Shown: piece by piece, positions 17,870 through 23,212 of the stretch
Layout: each line of letters starts with the position of its first letter
Position numbering within the stretch: position 1 is the stretch's first letter
From: Candidatus Cryosericum sp.
GTDB lineage: Bacteria; Caldisericota; Caldisericia; Cryosericales; Cryosericaceae
NCBI GenBank assembly: GCA_049699855.1
Contig: JBNAWM010000010.1
Span: 1-23,212 of the forward strand
Direction of reading: 5' to 3'
DNA: 23,212 nt
The notes under the pieces: model-generated
Database searches by the model: none
Told to the model about the DNA's origin: nothing
The model's input: the letters and a program-made list of their open reading frames with translations, nothing else
Translations under genes and position numbers: made by a program

Positions 17870-19108
17870 CTACAGCGCTGCTGCCTCGGGAGAAACGGCT
17901 ACATTCTTACGCGCCGCGAACAAGCGCTGTACCTCATCGACGTCTTTGTCGCCACGGCCGGAGAGGTTGACCACAAGAAACTGGTCGGCCCTCATGGTGC
18001 GGGCAAGCTGTACAGCGTATGCAATGGCATGGGAGCTCTCCAGAGCCGGAATGATGCCTTCCAGACGGCTGAGCAGTTCAAACGCTTCAAGTGCCTCATC
18101 ATCACTGGCAGTCACGTAGGTTGCTCTGCCGGCGTCCTTGAGGGCAGCATGCTGGGGTCCGACCCCCGGATAGTCGAGGCCGGCCGCCACAGAGTAACAG
18201 GGCGTCGGAGTTCCCTGGTCATCCGCCAGGACGTACGTTCGCATCCCATGAATGACCTCGGGGTGCCCCGCTGTGATGGTCGCGGCATGAAGGCCGGTTG
18301 CCAGACCCTTGCCCGCCGGCTCAACGCCAATGAGCGCGACACCCTTATCCTCGATGAAATCTGCAAACAACCCGATGGCGTTGCTGCCGCCGCCGACGCA
18401 TGCGATGGCGGCATCAGGCAGTCTGCCTTCTGCCTGCAGTGCCTGGGCACGGGCTTCGCGTCCAATGACCGACTGGAACGTGCGTACAATCTCGGGGTAT
18501 GGGTGTGGTCCCACGGCAGAGCCAAGCAGATAGAAGGACGCCTCGGGATCAGCAGCCCACGCGCCGAGCGCAGCATCCACCGCATCCTTGAGCGTGGCCT
18601 GGCCCTCCGTCACACTATGAACCGAAGCCCCCAACAGTTCCATGCGGACGACATTCGGGTGCTGTCTGCGGATGTCCTCTGCTCCCATATAGATGTCACA
18701 GCCCATGCCGAGCAGTGCTGCAACGGTGGCCGTTGCAACGCCATGCTGGCCGGCACCGGTCTCAGCAATGAGTTTGTGTGCTCCCATGCGACGTGCCAGC
18801 AATCCCTGGCCCAAGGCATTGTTGATCTTGTGAGCCCCGGTGTGGTTGAGGTCCTCGCGCTTCAGGTAGATGCGAGCGCCGCCGGCATGTTCGGTGAGGC
18901 GCCTGGCCAGATACAGCGGTGAAGGGCGGCCGACGTAGTCGCGCAGAAGCTGATCCATTTCGGCAGTGAAGGAAGGGTCGGCAAGGGCTTCGTGAAAAGC
19001 TGCATTGAGCCGATCGAGGATGGCCCCAAGCTGAGGCGGCACAAACTGGCCGCCGTATTCGCCATAAAATCCGTGTTCATCCGCGTGCAAAGGCAATGTC
19101 GTTGTCAT
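17870..19108 (-). CDS. trpB: Tryptophan synthase beta chain (TrpB1 type), stand-alone
   Basis: [28 protein letters not shown] (PLP Lys), [65 protein letters not shown]. Confidence 0.98.
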   Translation of the reverse strand: MTTTLPLHADEHGFYGEYGGQFVPPQLGAILDRLNAAFHEALADPSFTAEMDQLLRDYVGRPSPLYLARRLTEHAGGARIYLKREDLNHTGAHKINNALGQGLLARRMGAHKLIAETGAGQHGVATATVAALLGMGCDIYMGAEDIRRQHPNVVRMELLGASVHSVTEGQATLKDAVDAALGAWAADPEASFYLLGSAVGPHPYPEIVRTFQSVIGREARAQALQAEGRLPDAAIACVGGGSNAIGLFADFIEDKGVALIGVEPAGKGLATGLHAATITAGHPEVIHGMRTYVLADDQGTPTPCYSVAAGLDYPGVGPQHAALKDAGRATYVTASDDEALEAFELLSRLEGIIPALESSHAIAYAVQLARTMRADQFLVVNLSGRGDKDVDEVQRLFAARKNVAVSPEAAAL

Positions 19109-19144
19109 TACGTTCTCCTTGTGCTGGATTCAGGTCGGGCACAG

Positions 19145-19176
19145 AAAACGAAAAACCCTCCGGGCGCCCGGAGGGT
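19145..19176 (-). terminator. Intrinsic terminator of the trpB attenuator
   Basis: Perfect 22-nt palindrome ACCCTCCGGGCGCCCGGAGGGT (19155-19176) followed on the minus strand by TTTTCGTTTT, upstream of the trpB start. Confidence 0.9.
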
Positions 19177-19207
19177 AGAGGTATATGGAACAAGAGACGC
19201 TAATCAG

Positions 19208-19294
19208 TCAGCGCACAAGGCCCCCGGGCGACATATGTAGCTCTGTCCACCACCACGCAAACGTATGAAGGGTCGTTCTCTGTGCGCTATTCAT
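19208..19294 (-). CDS. trpL: Trp leader peptide, 28 aa: MNSAQRTTLHTFAWWWTELHMSPGGLVR
   Basis: ATG at 19294, three tandem TGG codons, TGA at 19210-19208. It lies between the promoter and the terminator directly upstream of trpB and is absent from the supplied ORF track. Confidence 0.88.
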   Translation of the reverse strand: MNSAQRTTLHTFAWWWTELHMSPGGLVR

Positions 19295-19307
19295 GACCTG
19301 TACGCTT

Positions 19308-19335
19308 ATTCTAACAACAAGCCGAGGTGTTGCAA
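19308..19335 (-). promoter_or_regulatory. Sigma70-type promoter of trpL-trpB
   Basis: TTGCAA (19335-19330), 16 bp, TAGAAT (19313-19308); the leader ATG follows after 13 nt. Confidence 0.65.
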
Positions 19336-19362
19336 GGGCGGCGCGTGAAGAACCAGCTCTTC

Positions 19363-20406
19363 TTACAGGCCCTGGGGGTGCTGAGCCGGGTTGCTCGAAA
19401 GGGGTGCTGGTTGTGTGGTGCTGCTGACAAGCGGCATGTCACCGCTGATCTCCAGGCCGCAGTTGCGCCCGCGTCCTTCGAACAGCAGGATGTCACCGGA
19501 AGCGTGACGTTCGAGAAGGCGGACTTGAACGACAGCATGCAATTCTTCGACAAGCATCTTGGCCATGCTTCCTGCGCGGGGTGCATAGACCTGCCCCATC
19601 CCATGCCTTCCGCCAGCCCATACTTCCAGGACCTGCTTTCCGTTGACGACAGTAAATTCGGCATGCTCGTCATCACGCACGAAATGTGCCAGGCGCGAAC
19701 CATTCCATGTCGTCCACTGGAGAAGCCTCCCATTGTACAGGAAGCCGACGATGAATCCCCGAAGCACCGTCCCGAGGAGGGGAATGTCAGCAATCGAGAC
19801 GGTCAGGCTCACGTGGTCTTCGTCAAAATGATTGGACTGCATCCACACCCACGCGCGAGGAAAGGCACTGCCCCAGTCGCGTTCCATGTAGCCGCGTCCG
19901 CCGGTGAAGTCGATTTCCTGTCCATCCAGTGCAAGCGATCCGCTGATGCGAGGGTCGATGCTGGTGATGGCATGATACCCTTCCAGGAAGGGAAGCAAGC
20001 CCAGAGGTCCCATGGCTCCCGGGGCCCATGGATGAACGGGCCATCCGATGGGCTGCGTGAACTGGACATCCCCAGCAAGGCGCACGCCAGCATCGTCGAT
20101 GTCCAGGTGCATGGATGTCAAGCTGAAGCGGCTGGTGCCGACCACGATGTCAAACCTGTCTCGCGAGGCCCAGAATTGCTGAACAGGGTAGCGGTGCATG
20201 CTGGTCCGCCCGGTTGTTCCATCGAGAAACTGGATGAAGCAGTACTGCAGTGATGGGTCGCGGTCCATCCAGATGCCCGGAATGACCGCCCAGACGTGGC
20301 GCTCCGTGGGGTCAACCATCTTGAAATACCATCCATCGAAGCCACTGGGGCGCCAGCTGCGTCCATGAAACATCTCCGGATGCCAGACGCGTTCCAGGCG
20401 GTTCAT
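19363..20406 (-). CDS. Tocopherol cyclase family protein, 347 aa
   Basis: FDGWYFKMVD, GAMGPLGLLPFLEGYH, GGRGYMERDWGSAFPRAWVWMQSN, SIADIP match the tocopherol cyclase (VTE1-like) family pattern. Start placed at ATG 20406 after a purine-rich RBS. Confidence 0.82.
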   Translation of the reverse strand: MNRLERVWHPEMFHGRSWRPSGFDGWYFKMVDPTERHVWAVIPGIWMDRDPSLQYCFIQFLDGTTGRTSMHRYPVQQFWASRDRFDIVVGTSRFSLTSMHLDIDDAGVRLAGDVQFTQPIGWPVHPWAPGAMGPLGLLPFLEGYHAITSIDPRISGSLALDGQEIDFTGGRGYMERDWGSAFPRAWVWMQSNHFDEDHVSLTVSIADIPLLGTVLRGFIVGFLYNGRLLQWTTWNGSRLAHFVRDDEHAEFTVVNGKQVLEVWAGGRHGMGQVYAPRAGSMAKMLVEELHAVVQVRLLERHASGDILLFEGRGRNCGLEISGDMPLVSSTTQPAPLSSNPAQHPQGL

Positions 20407-20483
20407 CGCGCCCTTCCCCTCAGGCACTCTGCCCTGGATTCTGAGTTGTCGGCCAGCAGATACCTCTGTCTCATCATAGTGTC

Positions 20484-20511
20484 AGTATGTGCGGGAGGCT
20501 CCCGTGTGCAA
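20484..20511 (-). promoter_or_regulatory. Candidate promoter of the tocopherol-cyclase-family gene, with a palindrome in the spacer
   Basis: TTGCAC, 16 bp, CATACT on the minus strand; the spacer contains CGGGAG-N-CTCCCG (20492-20504). Confidence 0.4.
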
Positions 20512-20556
20512 GGGGCAACAACGACATCCCCCCCCAATGTTGTCAGTATCAGTGGC

Positions 20557-20584
20557 TTGACTTTGTGAAATATCGCTACAAACT
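20557..20584 (+). promoter_or_regulatory. Candidate promoter of the CoA-disulfide reductase fusion, overlapping a Rex-like half site
   Basis: TTGACT (20557-20562), 16 bp, CAAACT (weak -10); TTGTGAA at 20563-20569. Confidence 0.35.
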
Positions 20585-20680
20585 GTTTGCGAACTTCGTG
20601 CAGTCTGGGGAGCATATCGACCAGTGCACAAGGCCTCTGGACCTGCACCGCAGTGAAGATGAGAAATCAGGAGGAATGCC

Positions 20681-23173
20681 ATGAGAGTACTGATTGTTGG
20701 TGGAAATGCGGGAGGAGCCTCGGCAGCAGCTCGGCTTCGGCGGTTGGACGAGAAGGCGGAGATCGTCGTCTATGAGCGGGGACAGTACATCAGCTTTGCC
20801 AATTGCGGGCTCCCCTACCACATCGGCGGGATTATCCAGGAGCGCGATCAACTGCTGGTGCAGACGACAGCGTCGATGAAGGAGCGGTTCAATATCGACT
20901 TCAGGACGGGGCATGAAGTCACCAGCATCGACCGTGCCGCGCACACCGTGACCGTCCGCGATGTCGCCAGTGGCGAGGAGATGATCGATCACTATGATAA
21001 GCTCATCCTGTCACCAGGCGGGTCGCCGGTGCGTCCGCCCATCCCGGGCATCAACAGCGACGGCATCTACTCCCTGTGGACCATTCCGGACATGGACCGC
21101 ATCATCGAGGCAGTACACGCTGGCGCCCGCAAGGCAGTGGTGGTGGGTGGAGGGTTCATCGGAGTGGAGGTTGCAGAAAACCTGAGGGAGCAGAAACTCG
21201 GTGTCGCACTGGTCGAGATGCTGCCCCAGACGCTGGCGTTTCTTGATCCGGACATGGCTGCCTATGCCCATGAGGAGATGGAGATCCACGGGGTCGACCT
21301 GCATCTGGGCGACGGTGTCAAGTCGTTCACGAAGAATGCCGATGGCACGCTGACAGTTTCACTGGCCAGCGGCCGGCAGCTGGTGGCGGACCTGGTTATC
21401 CTGGCTATCGGCGTGCGTCCGAATACACAGCTTGCCGAGGCGGCCGGGTTGGAACTCGGACCGACACGGGGGATCCTGGTGGACGATCACCTCAAAACCA
21501 GCGATCCGGACATCTATGCAATCGGCGACGTGATCGAGGTGGAGCACTTCGTCACGAAGAGCAAGGCATTGATCCCGCTGGCAGGGCCCGCTAACCGGCA
21601 GGCGCGCATTGCGGCCAACAACGTCGTGGGTCACGATGATGTCTACAAGGGAACCCAGGGGACATCCATCGTCAAGGTGTTTGATCTTGCTGCCGGAGCG
21701 ACGGGGGCAAACTCTGCCCTTCTTGCGAAGCTTGGTATCCCCTTCCGCAGCATCACTATTCATCCTGGCTCTCATGCTGGTTACTATCCCGGCAGCACGC
21801 CCGTTCATATCAAACTGCTGTACAGTCCAGAGGGAAAGATCCTGGGAGCGCAGGCCGCCGGCTATGATGGCGTTGACAAGCGCATTGATGTCCTGGCAAC
21901 GGCCATGCGACTGGGAGCGACGGTGGATGACCTGACCGACCTGGAGCTGGTCTATGCCCCGCCGTATGGGAGCGCCAAAGACCCGGTCAACATGGCAGGA
22001 TTTGTCGCACAGAATGACCTCGAACAGCTGGCGCCCGTAGTCGGGGCCGAGCAGTTGAAAGAAGAGCTGTCAGCCGGAGCACTCCTGCTGGATGTCCGGG
22101 AGCCCGATGAGACATCCTGCGGTATCATTCCGGGAGCCTTGACGATTCCGCTTTCGTCCCTGCGAGCCCGCATGGGCGAGCTTCCCCGCGGCAAGAAGAT
22201 TATTCTTACCTACTGCAAAGTCGGCCTTCGCGGGTATATTGCTCAGAGAATTCTGTCTCAGAGCGGGTTCCAGGTTGTCAACCTCAGTGGTGGATATACA
22301 AGCTGGGAAGCGACAACGACAGGTGGCATTGAGGAGCAGCCGGTTCGTCCCGAGCGTGAAGCAGACGACCAGCAGGTCAACGTGAGTGGACCGTGCCCGG
22401 CTGGGGTGGCACGTACGGCACCTGCTGCGGCGACAAAGACGGTCGAGATTGATGCGTGTGGCCTCCAATGCCCGGGACCTCTGCTGAAGTTGAGGGAAGC
22501 ACTTGCGACGACGGGGCCCGGCGATCTTATCAAGGTGACGGCTTCGGATCCGGGGTTCTACGCAGATGTCGCAGCATTCGCCCAGGGGCAGGGCCTGGAA
22601 GTGCTGGATCGTCAGCGCGGGAAAGTGATCACGGCGACCCTGCGCAGACCGTTGCAGGCAGCAGCTCCCTCCACAGGGGTCGCGGTCGTTCCGGGCAGGG
22701 CCGACGACCATGCGACGGTCATCGTCTTCAGCAACGACCTGGACAAGGTTATCGCGGCCTTCATCATTGCCAACGGTGCCCAGGCCATGGGGAAGAAGGT
22801 CAGCATGTTCTTCACTTTCTGGGGTCTGAATGTCCTGCGCAAGGACGAGAACATGCGCATCAAGAAGACCTTCATTGAACGGATGTTCGGTATGATGATG
22901 CCGCGTGGGGCCAATCACCTCACGTTGAGCAAGATGCACATGATGGGTATGGGAACAGGCATGATTCTTGGCCTCATGAGAAAGTACAATGTAGCACCCA
23001 TCGAAGCCATGATGCGCTCCTTCCAGGAGGGTGGCGGCACATTCATTGCGTGCACGATGTCGATGAGCCTCATGGGCATCCATCGTGAGGAGATGATCGA
23101 CGGCATCTCAGAGGGCGGTGTGGCGACCATGCTGGCTGATGCCGACCAGGGACACATCAACTACTTCATCTAG
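20681..23173 (+). CDS. CoA-disulfide/persulfide reductase fused to rhodanese, TusA/SirA and DsrE/F-like domains
   Basis: IVGGNAGG (FAD), SFANCGLPY (redox Cys), GGGFIGVE (NAD(P)H), YAIGD, YAPPY; rhodanese LLDVRE...YCKVGLRG...NLSGG; TusA IDACGLQCPGP; DsrE-like FFTFWG and ACTMS; AGGAGG RBS. Confidence 0.93.
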   Translation: MRVLIVGGNAGGASAAARLRRLDEKAEIVVYERGQYISFANCGLPYHIGGIIQERDQLLVQTTASMKERFNIDFRTGHEVTSIDRAAHTVTVRDVASGEEMIDHYDKLILSPGGSPVRPPIPGINSDGIYSLWTIPDMDRIIEAVHAGARKAVVVGGGFIGVEVAENLREQKLGVALVEMLPQTLAFLDPDMAAYAHEEMEIHGVDLHLGDGVKSFTKNADGTLTVSLASGRQLVADLVILAIGVRPNTQLAEAAGLELGPTRGILVDDHLKTSDPDIYAIGDVIEVEHFVTKSKALIPLAGPANRQARIAANNVVGHDDVYKGTQGTSIVKVFDLAAGATGANSALLAKLGIPFRSITIHPGSHAGYYPGSTPVHIKLLYSPEGKILGAQAAGYDGVDKRIDVLATAMRLGATVDDLTDLELVYAPPYGSAKDPVNMAGFVAQNDLEQLAPVVGAEQLKEELSAGALLLDVREPDETSCGIIPGALTIPLSSLRARMGELPRGKKIILTYCKVGLRGYIAQRILSQSGFQVVNLSGGYTSWEATTTGGIEEQPVRPEREADDQQVNVSGPCPAGVARTAPAAATKTVEIDACGLQCPGPLLKLREALATTGPGDLIKVTASDPGFYADVAAFAQGQGLEVLDRQRGKVITATLRRPLQAAAPSTGVAVVPGRADDHATVIVFSNDLDKVIAAFIIANGAQAMGKKVSMFFTFWGLNVLRKDENMRIKKTFIERMFGMMMPRGANHLTLSKMHMMGMGTGMILGLMRKYNVAPIEAMMRSFQEGGGTFIACTMSMSLMGIHREEMIDGISEGGVATMLADADQGHINYFI

Positions 23174-23212
23174 GAACCCCCACATGAATGCACAAACCCC
23201 CTGCCGGTCATG

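Noticed and set aside
17840..18922. 360-aa plus-strand ORF overlapping the GH2 stop
   Set aside because: Antisense shadow of trpB with no recognisable motifs; common in GC-rich DNA.
19110..19300. T-box riboswitch or TRAP site upstream of trpB
   Set aside because: No T-box consensus or (G/U)AG repeat array is evident; the GGTGG-like text is explained by tandem Trp codons in a leader ORF.
19327..20253. 308-aa plus-strand ORF
   Set aside because: Antisense to the tocopherol-cyclase-family gene; no motifs or RBS.
22070..23083. 337-aa minus-strand ORF
   Set aside because: Antisense shadow of the reductase fusion.
23184..23212. Possible start of a next gene (AGGA...ATGAATGCACAA)
   Set aside because: Only 9 codons are visible before the window edge, too few to call.
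1..23212. CRISPR arrays, IS elements, integrases, tRNA/rRNA
   Set aside because: No regularly spaced repeats, transposase or integrase motifs, or RNA-gene signatures were seen; the intergenic spaces are short and largely explained.

Overview
GC-rich bacterial chromosomal window, probably from a fermentative anaerobe (the lineage cannot be established from the sequence alone). Left to right: the 3' end of a hybrid histidine kinase/receiver gene; a membrane-protein gene split by a frameshift in a T8 run; a long minus-strand alpha-glucan/maltodextrin operon (solute-binding lipoprotein, two ABC permeases, cytoplasmic GH13, lipoprotein alpha-amylase, Thermotoga-type maltosyltransferase-like GH13, compact glucan phosphorylase) followed by an SDR and a translationally coupled HSL-family esterase; a divergent, apparently leaderless operon (beta-propeller glycosidase, MFS transporter, GH2); a stand-alone trpB under a clear Trp attenuator (unannotated 28-aa WWW leader peptide, antiterminator, intrinsic terminator); a tocopherol-cyclase-family gene; and a CoA-disulfide reductase-rhodanese-TusA-DsrE fusion. 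The strongest non-obvious signals are the attenuated solo trpB, five sigma70-like promoter candidates that all have a 16-bp spacer, a maltosyltransferase/phosphorylase pair in place of the usual MalQ/MalP pair, and two enzymes resembling plant chloroplast enzymes. No mobile elements, CRISPR arrays, tRNA or rRNA were recognised. Family assignments come from motif recognition, not database searches.
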